A DNA stretch of 64,000 nt from Squalus acanthias. Lineage: Eukaryota. Below are positions 1-11,904 of the stretch, piece after piece. How positions within the stretch are numbered: position 1 is the first letter of the stretch; each line of letters begins with the position of its first letter. The notes under the pieces were generated by a model. It searched no databases, was not told the DNA's origin, and saw only the letters and a program-made list of their open reading frames with translations. A program made the position numbers and the translations under genes. The DNA lies in the NCBI GenBank assembly GCA_030390025.1, contig CM059432.1, positions 12,834,001-12,898,000 of the forward strand. Reading direction: 5' to 3'.

Positions 1-591
1 GCTGCACTGCTGGCAATGGTGTCTTCGCCGTGCGCAGCGCCCCGCTTGCGCACTGGCCGAGATCTTCGGTAGCGCCTCCTGACTTACTGGCAGACGCTGT
101 ATCCGACGGGGTCAGGGGGGCCTACCAGCGGCCGGGGCGGCGCTAATTAAAGGCGAGGTGCCGGGTGGCCATTTTTGTTGCTGGCTGCCTGCCAGCACCT
201 GCCCCCGTTGCCGTCCCCGGCCTCCTGACCCACAGCACCCCCCCCCCCCCCGACCCCGTGGAGTGCCGCCTGCGCTCCGTGAGCCCGGCACTTCTCCTGA
301 GTGCCAGACTCTTTTGCCGGCACGCTGATCCCTGGTGGCCCTGCTGGGCCCCAGGTCGCGCTGCGCAAGGCCCCTCCCCTTTAAGAAGGGGAGGAAGGCC
401 TGCAGTACTGCAGCGCGACGTGCTGCAGCGGTAGCACCGCGATATTCCCTCGCAGCGCCCCAAGAGGGAGGCGGGGCGCTTCCAGTAGCGCCCCGCTTCC
501 CTCTTGGGGCGTTACCGATGAATTTCCGCTGCGAGGGTGCTAAATTTTTCGGGGCACTATGCCCCAAAGGGGTGCGACTCAATCTTTCCCC
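1..591. mobile_element. Terminal part of a Harbinger-type DNA transposon/MITE (cut by window start)
   Basis: CpG-rich tract ending in AATCTTTCCCC; its reverse complement (GGGGAAAGATTGAGT...TTTGGGGC) resembles the GGGGAGAAATTCAGT termini at 35951 and 50743. Confidence 0.55.
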
Positions 592-607
592 CATTATCTC
601 GACTGCT

Positions 608-758
608 TCTGGGATCTTGCTGTGGGCTAATTGGCTGTTGTGTGTCCCTGTGCTACAACAGTGGTTACACTTCAAAAGTACTTAATTGGCTGTAAAGCGC
701 TTTAGGACGTCCTGAGATCGTAAAAGGCGCTATAGAAATGTAAATTCTTTCTTCTTTT
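608..758 (+). mobile_element. DeuSINE (SacSINE1-like) 3' fragment
   Basis: Matches the 3' half of the SINE at 7249-7676 (...AATTGGCTGTAAAGCGCTTT...AAAGGCGCTATA...CTTTCTT). Confidence 0.7.
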
Positions 759-889
759 CGCATGTCAGAACTTCAGGAAGTGGTGTGCAGGATGTCCCTG
801 CACTCAAATTAATATTTCAATGAAGCTTGTTTTAGGCGAGTGATTCTACCTCTGGCATTTCTTGCCCACAGTTAATACCACACGGGAAC

Positions 890-1388
890 GGTAGCATTGT
901 GGTAATGTCGCTCAAGAAGCCCGACACCATCCAGGACAAAGCAGCCCGCTTGATTGGCACCCCATCCACCACCTTAAACATTCACTCCCTCCACCACCAG
1001 CGTACCGTGGTTGCAGTGTGTACCATCTACAAGATGCACTGCAGCAACTCGCCAAGGCTTCTTCGGCAGCACCTCCCAAACCCACGACCTCTTCCACCTA
1101 GAAGGACAAGGGCAGCAGGCACATGGGAGCACCAACAGCTGCAGCTTCCCCTCCAAATCACACACCATCCTGACTTAGAAGTATATTGCCGATCCTTCAT
1201 CGTCGCTGGGTCAAAATCCTGGAACTTCCTCCCTAACAGCACTGTGGGAGTACCTTCACCACATGGACTGCAGCGGTTCAAGAAGGCGGCTCACCACCAC
1301 CTTCTCAAGGGCAATTAGAGATGGGCAATAAATGCTGGCCTTGCCAGCGATGCCCACATCCTATTAAAAAACGAATTTAAAAAAAAAA
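890..1388 (+). mobile_element. CR1-group LINE family T: ~19 bp of 5' head joined to 3' ~470 bp
   Basis: ORF 899-1318 is the C-terminus of family T ORF (...RFKKAAHHHLLKGN*), then 3' UTR and A-rich tail. GGTAGCATTGTGGTAATGT at 890-908 matches the family's 5' end. Confidence 0.8.
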
Positions 1389-2134
1389 CAAGTGGCACAA
1401 AGTGGACGAATATTTTTAGTGGCGGAATTCTACCCAATTTTCCAATCGAGTCCACCCAATTTACACCCACAATCGGAAAATCCAGGCTTGGGTGCCTTAA
1501 CTTCACGGTAAGTTGACATGCTGTTTATTGGGATTTGTAATGTTGAGTAATAGAGTTGATCTACTAAATCATCCCTTTAAATGGCTTCCTTCTGTGCTGT
1601 AAGATTCTATGCTTCTGCATGAAGTGTTTGTAAGCTAATAGCGCACAGCCCCATTTCGAAGTATATTGAAACATGCAGTGAACTTTTGTGCTGCGTTGCA
1701 AATGTTTGTTAGTTTAACGAGCAGCCTTACAGTTTGTTTAAAAAAAAGAAGGAAAGTAGGATCTGAGGAAAACAAAACACATCTGTGCATCATTTATTTC
1801 TTGATTTCGAATGAGCTGAAGAGTGGGCTGAAAAAACATGGAGCGATCAATGCTATCACCCAATCAGTTTAATAGAGTGGGCATTGATTCATCAGAGACA
1901 GTAAATCAGATTACAGAGTCAAAGAATACAATGGAAATGGAAATAAATTTAACAGACTGACTGAGCTCAGACATTTGACGGCACAATGGGCTAAGAATAC
2001 TGACAGCGTGAGAGAAGATGAAAGGAAATTAAGAAGTCAGCAGGGTGCTGAGAGCACGACAAGCATTAAAATAGCAGTTAACTCCTCATCCCTTTAGCAG
2101 TGTAACCCTGAATAACTATTTGTATCTTGCAGCA

Positions 2135-2523
2135 TCACAACAAGCTTTCATTCGGAGTGTTATAAGACAAAAAATTTGACACCGAGCCACATAAGGAGAA
2201 ATTAGGGCAGGTGACCAAAAGCTTGGTCAAAGAGGTAGGTTTTAAGGAGCGTCTTAAAGGAGGAAAGAGAGGTAGAGAGGCGGAGAGGTTTAGGCGGGAA
2301 TTCCAGAGCTTAGGGCCTAGACAACAGAAGGCACGGCCACCAAAGGTTGAGCGATTATAATCAGGGATGCTCAAGAGGGCAGAATTAGAGGAGCGCAGAT
2401 ATCTCGGGGGGGGTTGTGGGGCTGAAGGAGATTACAGAGATAGGAGGGGCGAGGCCATGGAGGGATTTGAAAACAAGGATGAGAATTTTGAAATCGAGGC
2501 GCTGCTTAACCGGGAGCCAATGT
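2135..2523 (-). mobile_element. L2 LINE 3' fragment
   Basis: Translation STFGGRAFCCLGPKLWNS is a typical L2 ORF2 C-terminus; homologous to 16910-17800. Confidence 0.8.
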
Positions 2524-3327
2524 GAAAGAGTGGCTCAGACACGGCCCTGTCGAGAGTCATTAGTCCATCAGCATTTTCATTTCCAATAAAACACTACACG
2601 GCAGCAATTTGTGTCCTTGCTGTGTCACCTTTTATGTTGTTTTTGTTCTTTTATCAGTTTCGAGTCATCCTTCTGGAAATCGTGCACCGACATTGGATAA
2701 GGAGAGCATTGGAATTATCTGTGATGATCCCCATTGTTGAATAGTGTGTCAACTCTCACCATCAAGATGCACGCATGAAAAATGGTCACTTAGGTGCAGG
2801 GCTGGATTGCTGCTGGCATCCATGGAGCTGTACAATGTGGAACACTGTGCCGGGAGCAACGCCATAAATACTTAAGAATGAGGCGCCGACCTGGTGAAGC
2901 CTCGACACAGGTCTACCTGAATGCTAAACACAGAAATCAGCAGGCTATAGACAGCTCTCAGAGCTCCCACAACCAACGGATCAGCAAAGCTCCGTAGCCC
3001 TACCACATCCTGTCGAGAATGGTGGTGGACAGCTAACAGGAGCAATAGGATCCATGAACATTCCCATCCTCAACCATGGTGGGACCCAGCATCTTCAGCC
3101 AAAAGTGAAGAGCAGACAAGCCCACATGGCCTCCTTCCGAGGTCCCCACCACCATAAAAGCCGGTTTCCTGCCTATTTGGTTCACTCCAAATGATATTAA
3201 CAAGTAGCTGAGCGCACAATAGACAGTGAAGGTTATGGGCTCTGACACTATCAGGGTTGAACTGCTGGAGACATATACACCAGAACTAGCTGCCCTCACC
3301 TCACCAAGCTATTCCAGTACAACTATA

Positions 3328-4849
3328 CTTCTTCTTTGGCAGTCCCTCGCAACCGAGGATGACTTGCTTCCACATTAAAAATGAGTTCGCAGGTGACTGA
3401 TGAGTCCAATGCGGGACCTACAGTCTCTGTCACAGGTGGGGCAGACGGTAGTTGAAGGGCCAGGTGGGTGGGGTGCTTGGGTTGACGTGCGCTCCTTGCG
3501 CTGCCTGCGCTTAGCTTCCGCTTGCTCCCGGCAAAGAGACTCGAGGTATTCGGCGCCTTCCCGGACGCTTCTCCTCCACTTTGTGCGGTCTTGGGCCAGG
3601 GATTCCCAGGTGTCGGTGGGGATGTTACACATTTTCAAGGAGGCTTTGAGGGTGTCCTTGAAGTGTTTCCTCTGCCCATCTGGGGCTCTCTTGCCGTGCC
3701 GGAGCTCTGAGTAGAGCGCTTGTTTTGGGAGTCTCGTATCGGGCATGTGGACAATGTGGCCCGTCCATTGGAGCTGATCGAGCGTGGTCAAAACTTCGAT
3801 GCTGGGGATGTTGGCCTGAGCAAAAACACTGACGTTGGTGCGCCTATCCTGCCAATGGATTTGCAGGATCTTGCGGAGGCAGCATTGGTGGTACCTCTCC
3901 AGTGCTTTGAGGTGCCTGCTGTACATGGTCCATGTCTCTGAGGCATACAGCAGGGCAGGTATCACTGCTGCTGTGTAGACCATGAGCTTAGTGCCGGGTT
4001 TGAGGTCCTGGTCTTCAAACACTCTCTTCCTCAGGCGACCGAAGGCTGCACTGGCACACTGAAGGCGGTGTTGGACTTCGTCGTCGACGTCTGCCCTTGT
4101 TGACAGTAGGCTCCCAAGGTATGGAAAGTGGTCCACGTTGTCCAAGGCCTTGTCGTGGATTTTGATAATTGGGGGGCAGTACTGTGTGGTGGGGGCAGGT
4201 TGGTAGAGGACCTTTGTCTTACGGATGTTTAGTGTAAGGCCCATGCTCTCGTACGCTTCGGTGAAGGTGTTGACGATGGTTTGGAGTTCGACCTCTGAGT
4301 GAGCGCAGATGCAAGCGTCGTCTGCATACTGTAATTCGACAACAGAGGGGCAGGACAGCAGGACAGAGACTGGATACTCTGAACACTGGCTCCTCAAAGT
4401 CTTTCCACTAATGGGCACAATGGACATGATCTTCACCGCACGTCAATTACAAGAGAAATGCAGGGAACAGCACCAACCACTGTACATGGCCTTCTTTGAT
4501 CTCACAAAGGCCTTCGACACTGTCAACCGTGAGGGATTATGGAGTGTCCTCCGCAAATTCGGCTGCTTTCAAAAGTTTGTCACCATCCTCTGCCTGCTTC
4601 ACGATGACATGCAAGCCGTGATCCTGACCAACGGTTCCACCACAGACCCAATTCACGTACGAACCGGGGTCAAGCAAGGCTGTGTCATCGCACCAACGCT
4701 CTTCTCGATCTTCCTTGCTACAATGCTCCATCTCACCCTCAGTAAGCTCCCCGCTGGAGTGGAGCTAATTTACAGAACAAACGGGAAACTGTTCAACCTC
4801 CGTTGCCTCCAGTCCAGATCCAAGGTCGTCCCATCCTCTGTCGTCGAAT
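3328..4849 (-). mobile_element. RTE-clade LINE, 5'-truncated with 5' inversion
   Basis: Minus ORF has QYADD, YLGS and C-terminal CPTCDRDCRSRIGLISHLRTH. Plus segment 4409-4849 encodes upstream RT motifs (FFDLTKAFDTV, GVKQGC). (GAA)n tail; 10-bp TSD TACAACTATA at 3318-3327 and 4850-4859. Confidence 0.9.
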
Positions 4850-5749
4850 TACAACTATAACACTGGTACCTACCCAACAATATGGAAAACTGCCCAGGTA
4901 TGTCCTCTGCACAAAAGGCAGGGCAAAACAAACCCGTCCAATAGGGCCAGGGGTGGGTCTGTTTGCTGGCAATTGTACAGTGTTCAGCTCCATTTACAAC
5001 TCCTTCAATAATGAAGCAGTCCATGTTAGTCTACCACAGGACTTGAGCAACATCCAGGCTTAAGCTGACAAGTGGCAGGTAACAGTTGTGCCAGGTAATG
5101 ACCATCTCCAAAAAGAAAAGGCTCAACTACCTCTCTCTGACCTTCAATGGCACCACCATCTCTGAGTCCCCCACCATCAACATCCTTGGCGGGGGGTGGT
5201 GGGGGGGGGGGGGGGGTGGTGGTCACCATTGACCAGAAGTTTAACTGAACCAGCCATATCAACACCATGGCTAGAACAGCAGGACAGAGATTGGATACTC
5301 TGAACACTGGCTCCTCAAAGTCTTTCCACCATTTAAAAAGTCTGGAGTGTGATGGAACACTCACCACTCACCTAGATGGGTGAGGCTGCAACGAGACTCA
5401 AAAAGCTCGGCACCAAGATGAAGGAGAAGACCCACCACCACCTTCTCAGGGAAAGTAGGGAGGGGCAATAACTGTGGCCTTGCCAGCATCACTCATAACC
5501 CAAAAACAAGTTAAAAAAACATCCAGGACAGAGCAGTTTGCTTAGTTGGTGGCCCTGCCACTGAACTGAATATCCACTCCCTCCACCACCAGTGCACTAT
5601 GGCTGCAGTATATACTCTCTGAAGGATGCACTGCAGTAACTCACCAAGTTCATCTCAACAGCACCGCTCAGCTCCGTGACCTCCACCACCAGGAAGAGCA
5701 GTAAAATCATGGGAACACCACCCCGACTCTGTCCCCACCCCAACGAACA

Positions 5750-6585
5750 CCCGACCGAGCCACAGCCGATCCCCTCCCCCTCCCCCGATTCCCTCCCCCT
5801 CCCCCGTCCCCGACCCTTCCCCCGATCCCCGACCCCGACCCCGATCCCCGACCCCATCCCCTCCTCCTCCCCCAATCCCCGTCCCCCGATCCCCTCCCCC
5901 ATCCCCGATCCCCTCCCCCATCCCTCCCCGCCCCCATCCCTCCTCCTCCCCGATCCCCGACCCCTCCCCCGATCCCCGACCACACCCCTAATCCCCTCCC
6001 CATCCCTGAACCCCTCCCCCATCCCTCCCCCTCCCCCAATCCCTCTTCCTCCCCCCGATCCCCCACCCCTCCCCCGATCCCCGACCCCTCCCCCGATCCC
6101 CGACCCCATCCCCGATCCCCGACCCCATCCCCTCCCCCTCCCCTGATCCCATCCCCTCCCCGATCCCCGACCCCATCCCCTCCCCCTCCCCCGATCCCTC
6201 CCCCGATCCCCGACCCCATCCCCGATCCCCATCCCTCCCCCTCCCCATCCCTCCTCCTCCCCGATCCCCGACCCCTCCCCCGATTCCAGACCCCTCCCCC
6301 AATCCCCAACCCCTCCCCCTTCCCCGACCCCTCCTCCTCCCCCGATCCCCGACCCCTCCCCCGATCCCGACCCCTCCCCCGATCCCCGACCCCTCCTCCT
6401 CCCCCGATCCCCGGCCCCACCCCGATCCCAGACCCCTCCCCCGATCTCCAACCCCTCCCCAGATCCCCGACCCCACCCCCAATCCCCGACCCCTCCCCAG
6501 ATCCCCGACCCCTCCCCCGATCCCCGACCAGGCCACAGTCAATCCCCGAACCCCGACCCCCGCCCGACCCCTCACTCCCTCTCAG
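5750..6585. repeat. C-rich irregular minisatellite (CCCCGAT / CCCCGAC / CCCCT units)
   Basis: About 830 bp built from 5-7 bp C-run modules with extreme C/G strand skew. Confidence 0.9.
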
Positions 6586-7248
6586 CATATGCAGAAAATT
6601 GCAACCATTGTCAAAATTGACACAGTTCCTTCGTTGGTTCTGGGTAAAAATATTAAAATTCCCTACTTAACACCATGGTGCGAGCACCATCAGCACAAGG
6701 ACTGCAGCGGTTCTAAGAGGAGACCCACCACCACTTCACAGCGCAACCAGAGATGGGCAATTAATGAGGTCTTGCCAGCATCTCTTACATTTGAGAATAA
6801 ATTTGAAAGAAATAACAAGAGTCACTGACCTTGAAATAGTGCAATGGGACATTCAAATGTTCAATGCCTTTGTTTGAAGTTCCTTCCTCAAGTTGCTTTA
6901 ATGGAAGCATCAACCCATTTATTAGAAACAGGTTAATGCTTCTGTTAAAATAGCGCAGGAAAGGATTTCATATGAATGTATTGAGTGCTCATACACTAGT
7001 GTACCATGGTGCCCTTGCCTTAAAGAGAGAAGAGAGAGAATATTAGAATGCAGAATTATATCTACACATCTAATACTTATCTGGACTCAATCTGCATAAA
7101 TAGAAGTTTGCAAAAATGATTGAATCTTATCTTTAATGACTTTGTAGTCACTCATGAAGATGGAGTAAGTAATATATCACAACTTTTAAATTGTTGCATC
7201 TATTTTTTTTAATTGAACTGTTTGTACTTTATTGTATCACACACAACA

Positions 7249-7676
7249 GTGTCAGCTGTGGCTCAGTTGGTAGCACACTCGCCTCTGACTCAGAAGGTTG
7301 GTGGGTTCAAGTCCCACTAGAAGCCAGGCTGACCCTGCAGTACAGTGCTGAGGGAGTGCTGCACTGTCAGAGGTGCTGTCTTTCAGACGAGATGTTAAAC
7401 TGAGGCCCCATCTGCCCTCTCAGGTGGATGTAAAAGATCCCATGGCACTATTTCTGGTGTCCTGCCCAATATTTAATCCCTCAATCAACATAACAAAAAC
7501 AGATTATCTGGTCATTATCACATTGCTGTTTGTGGGAGCTTGCTGTGCGCAAATTGGCTGCTGCGTTTCCCACATTACAACAGTGACTACACTTCAAAAA
7601 GTACCTCATTGGCTGTAAAGTACTTTGAGATGTCTGGCGGTCATGAAAGGCGCTATATAAATGCAAGTCTTTCTTT
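7249..7676 (+). mobile_element. tRNA-headed DeuSINE (SacSINE1-like), near full length
   Basis: A box TGGCTCAGTTGG, B box GGTTCAAGTCC, conserved core GGTGTCCTG.CCAATATTT, L2-like tail AAAGGCGCTATATAAATGCAAG; multiple copies in the window. Family name is from memory. Confidence 0.8.
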
Positions 7677-8494
7677 TACATGACATTTCAGCTTGTGTTC
7701 AAACCTTTTTTTAAAAAAAATATGAGATTGATTTGACCTTTTCTTAAAAAAAAGAAAAGAAATGATTTCATTTTAAAACTTACATCAACCTTGTTGTTAC
7801 TGCTGTTTTTCTTTCCCAGAGCACCTCTCTGAACATGGGCCGAGCAAGAGATTTATAGTACCCTTCAATCTGTCTTTTATAAGTGGCTTACGATGCACTT
7901 TCACAGAGATAAAGGCGGATTATGGTCCTTTTCAAAAAAGAGGAACATTTAGACAGAGGTTTTCTCAATAACATTGTCTGGCTTTGATGTGGAGTGGAGT
8001 GTTATTGTGACTCTCTCTTCAAGGGAAAAATCCAGATGAGAGTGGGCTGTACAGCGGTTGGAGCAGTTACAAAAATATAACTGCTAAACCATCTAATGAT
8101 GCAGTAGTTTCCTTTTAAGTGGGTACACTGGCTGTTCAGTATGACAAAAAAAACTGACAAATCTGGAGAAATGTTGACTTAAACATATCACATTAAAACA
8201 GAAACATATGTAGCTGATAATATTCCCTTTGGTATGCTCCAATGATTCTGTGCCAAAGTATTTATTAATTTAATCCATAAGGATATTTGCAGCAATCCTT
8301 TTGCCCTGGACCCCTGCAAAAATGATATATTAGCTGTAAAATGTGATTTGAAATATGATTTGAAATTTTATTTGGAAACCAGCAGAAGACATAAATTTTC
8401 ATAAGCGCTGAGATATGGTTAAGTGAACGGGCTGTTTCCGCCTTGGCACAGGAGCCACTGGCCCTGATGCTTTGGCGATTCTGTATCTATTTAC

Positions 8495-8584
8495 TTCACC
8501 TGAGGAAGGGGCAATCGATAGCTCCGAAAGCTTGTGATTTCAAATAAAACTGTTGGACTATAACCTGGTGTTGTGCGACCTCCT
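8495..8584 (+). mobile_element. Penelope-like terminal repeat fragment with hammerhead-like core
   Basis: CTGAGGA-AGGGGC...GCTCC-GAAAGCTT followed by AATAAA; closely matches the right arm of 31509-31710. Confidence 0.6.
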
Positions 8585-10073
8585 GATTTTAACTCCAGGT
8601 GGTTTTGCATGGGTGGGTGATGGGTTAAGTTAGTAATTAAGCCCCCTCAGCAGGAAACAGGCCCGGGGGTATTTTATCCCCCCGGCCAGTGCAAGATAGC
8701 GGTAGACTGCAGGAAGATATCAATGGACTGGTCAGGTGGGCAGAAAAGTGGCAAATGGAATTCAATCCGGAGAAGCGTGAGGTAATGATTTGGAGAGGGC
8801 TAACAAGGCAAGGGAATAGACAATAAATGGTAGGATACTGAGTGGTGTAGAGGGACAGAGGGACCTTGGAGTGCGGGTCCACAGATCCCTGAAGGTAGCA
8901 GGACAGGTAGATAAGGTCATTAAGAAGGCATACCGGATGGGATAATTTCCTTTATTCGTCCAGGCATAGAATACAAGAGCAGGGGGGTTATGCTTGAACT
9001 GTATAAAACAATAGTTAGGCCGCAGCTGGAGTACAGCGTACAGTGCTGGTCACCACATTACAGGAAAGATGTGATTGCACTAGAGAGGGTACAGAGGAGA
9101 TTTACGAGGATGTTGCCAGGACTGGAAAATTTTAGCTATGAGGAAAGACTGGATAGGCTGGGGTCGTTTTCTTTGGAACAGAGGAGGCTGAGGGGAAATT
9201 TAATTGAGGTGTATAAAATTATGAGGGGCCTCGATAGAGTGGATAGGAAGGACCTATTTCCCTTAGCAGAGTGATCAATAACCAAGGGGCACAGATTTAA
9301 AGTAATTGGTAGAAGGATTAGAGGGGAGTTGAGGAGAGCTTTTCCACCCAGAGGGTGGTGGGGGGTCTGGAACTCACTGCCTGAAAGGGTGGTAGAGGCA
9401 GAAACCCTCATCACATTTAAAAAGTACTTGGATGTGCACTTGAAGTGCGGTAACCTACAGGGCTACGGACCAAGAGCTGGAAAGTGGGATTAGGCTGGAT
9501 AGATCTTTTTCGGCTGGCCTCCTTCTGTGCCATAAATTTCTACGATTCTATGAATTCCACTGGTCTACTTTCCGCGGGAAGTGGGCGGAAAGAGACTGTC
9601 ACCCTCCGGAAAATCAGGCGGTCCTTGGCCACCCGCCGGCACTCAGGTAAGTGTGGGGTCGGGAATTCTGGGGCTCTCGCAGTCGGGAAGGGAGAGGAGT
9701 CTGGGGCAGGGGAGGCCTAAAACTTCCTTGTGGGGTCCGGAGGAGCACTCCTGCGTCTCCTGGCCCCACAAAGGAAAGTATAATACTTATCTTTTGTGCC
9801 CTCTTTGTCTTCTTGGCCGGTCCTAACTGTCGGGAAAGCCTCCGTGGTTTCCCCACTCAGGCTGGAGTTAAAATTGCAGTTGGAGCCCAAGCACGCTGAT
9901 CCACTTATTTAAAGAAGTATCCCACCTTTGGTGCCCGTGTCGGCTGCTCAGAGGAGCTGGTAAAACTCAGGATCTGTGCAAAGCAGGCGGGAAAACGGCA
10001 GGTACGTCACCCAGGACATTTTAACCGCCCAACCGCCCGGTCTGAGCCGGGCCGATAGGGTTAAAATCACCCC
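8585..10073. mobile_element. Harbinger-type MITE interrupted by CR1
   Basis: Left GATTTTAAC and right GGGTTAAAATCACCCC form inverted ends; GC-rich interior. Confidence 0.5.
8697..9553 (+). mobile_element. CR1 LINE 3' fragment
   Basis: LYKTIVRPQLEYSVQCWSPHYRKD...LERVQRRFTRM is the CR1 ORF2 C-terminus; tail (TTCTAYGA)n. Confidence 0.9.
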
Positions 10074-10744
10074 ACCACTGAGTCTGTAGCAGGCAAAAAG
10101 ATGTGATTTTTCTCGGTGCAATTTTGACTTCAATGGGAATGAAAGTCGGGAGAGGTGTACAACAGGCGGGCCGATCCGATATGGCCCAGTTTTGCAATCT
10201 CGTCCAAAGTCAAAACGATCCCCGTTGAGTCTAGATTCTACTTTCATTGTTGCTTGCGGGGCATTGCAGATTGGCTGCCACATTTGCCTGCATGGTTCGC
10301 TGTGTGAAATGCTTTGCGACATATTGATGTCATATAAGGTGCCGTGTAAATGCAAGTAGCACAGCATATAGAGCTTTCTTGATTTTATCTAATGTAGGTG
10401 AGGTTGGATAAGAGTGAGAACCAAAAACAATACACGCAAACCACGATACATAAACCCGAAGGAAAGGGGGGAGAAAAGGCTATTTGCAGACTGAAGGAAA
10501 GAAAATTAAATGGTCCTGAAATTATTCTGTGGAATACTAGAGAACAAATACATTCTCATCTGAAATTCACCTCTCTGCTATTTTAGAGGTGCCATTAACC
10601 TGTTAACAATAAATGATGGCAGAGAATAGATTTTGGTTGAATGCACGAGCGTTTGTCCGCTAGTATCCCATAATATAATTTCAGCGCTAGAAACAGACAA
10701 AAAAAATGCTGTGAAAGGATGGAGTATAATTCAATCAATTTTGT

Positions 10745-11316
10745 CCTAAGCTTGTTGAAATGTCATACAAAACCCTGGTTAGACCACACCTGGAGTACTG
10801 TGAGCAGTTCTGGGCACCACACCTTATACTCGCCTTGGAGGGAGAGGTTTACCAGAATGATACCTGGACTTCAAGGGTTAAGTTACGAGGAGACATTACA
10901 CAAATTAAGGTTGCATTCCCTCGAATTTTGAAGGTTAAGGGGGTGATCTGATCGAAGTTTTCAAGATATTAAGGGGAACAGATAGGGTAGATAGAGAGAA
11001 ACTATTTCCGCTGGTTGGGGAATCTGGGACTAGGGGGCATAGTCTAAAAATTAGAGCCAGACCTTTCAGGAGTGAAATTAGGAAACACTTCTACACACAA
11101 AGGGTGGTGGAAGTTTGGAACACTCTTCCACAAACAGCGATTGAACAATTGTTAATTTAAAATCGGATATTGATAGCTTTCTGTTAACCAAAGGTATTAA
11201 GGGATATGGGCCAAAGGCAGGTATATGGAGTTAGGTCACAGATCAGCCATGATCTCATTGAAAGGCGGAGCAGGCTTGAGGGGCTAAATGGCCTCCTCCT
11301 GTTCCTATGTTCTTAT
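10745..11316 (+). mobile_element. CR1 LINE 3' fragment
   Basis: YKTLVRPHLEYCEQFWAPHL motif, CR1 3' UTR and (TTCYTATG)n tail; same subfamily as 50118-53970. Confidence 0.85.
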
Positions 11317-11521
11317 GAAATGTTCAACACAAGCCCCAGGGACTGTAACATTTCTTCACCCTCCTGGGCACCTGCAGCTGGTCTGGGCATTAACTCCGAC
11401 AACTTTTGACTTTAGCTGTCTCTCCCATTTTCCTGCTAGCTTTCTCCCATTCACTTTCTACTTGCCTCCCCTCCATTTCTGAGCTGGCCAAATAGAAATT
11501 GGGAATACCTATGCCGGTATT

Positions 11522-11640
11522 TACCACACGGACTGCAGCGGTTCAAGAAGGCGGCTCACCACCACCTTCTCAAGGGCAATTAGGGATGGGCAATAAATGC
11601 CGGCCTTGCCAGTGACACCCATATCTCACGAACGAATGGA
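11522..11640 (+). mobile_element. Family T LINE 3' tail fragment
   Basis: GGACTGCAGCGGTTCAAGAAGGCGGCTCACCACCACC...GGGCAATAAATGC shared with the other copies. Confidence 0.8.
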
Positions 11641-11904
11641 GAAAAAGGTTGGAGTCCTGCATTGATAAATGTAATGCATGACTGCTTCGTTACCCAGTGT
11701 GTAAAAGAAGCCACAAAAGGCAATAAAAAACCTTGGCCTGATATTGGTAAGTGACCCAGACGACATATTGATCAAAGAATTATCAAGTTCAGCCTGATCT
11801 GCGATCAGAAACACCGAGGACCAGGAGCCAGGTATATTAAAAGGGCTAACTTCAAATAAATAGATTTGGTTGGGGTTATTCAACACTTCATAAGATTCAA
11901 GAAA

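Larger units (their letters stand above)
2750..6810 (+). mobile_element. Old degenerate family T LINE, interrupted by an RTE, a tail fragment and a minisatellite
   Basis: Segments 2750-3327, 4850-5740 and 6585-6810 are collinear with the 24190-27435 element (CREQRHKYLRMRRRPGEA vs CQEQHQLYLKMRCQPGEA; shared 3' UTR). Confidence 0.7.

Noticed and set aside
5597..6588. Long Gly/Pro-rich ORFs on both strands
   Set aside because: By-product of a stop-poor minisatellite; open in several frames at once.
7257..7320. Possible tRNA genes (also 11905, 27360-27435, 46790-46857)
   Set aside because: A/B boxes run directly into SINE or LINE bodies and no complete cloverleaf is evident.
7790..7900. Polypyrimidine tract plus CAG resembling a splice acceptor
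   Set aside because: No recognisable coding frame or convincing donor follows; cannot support a host exon.
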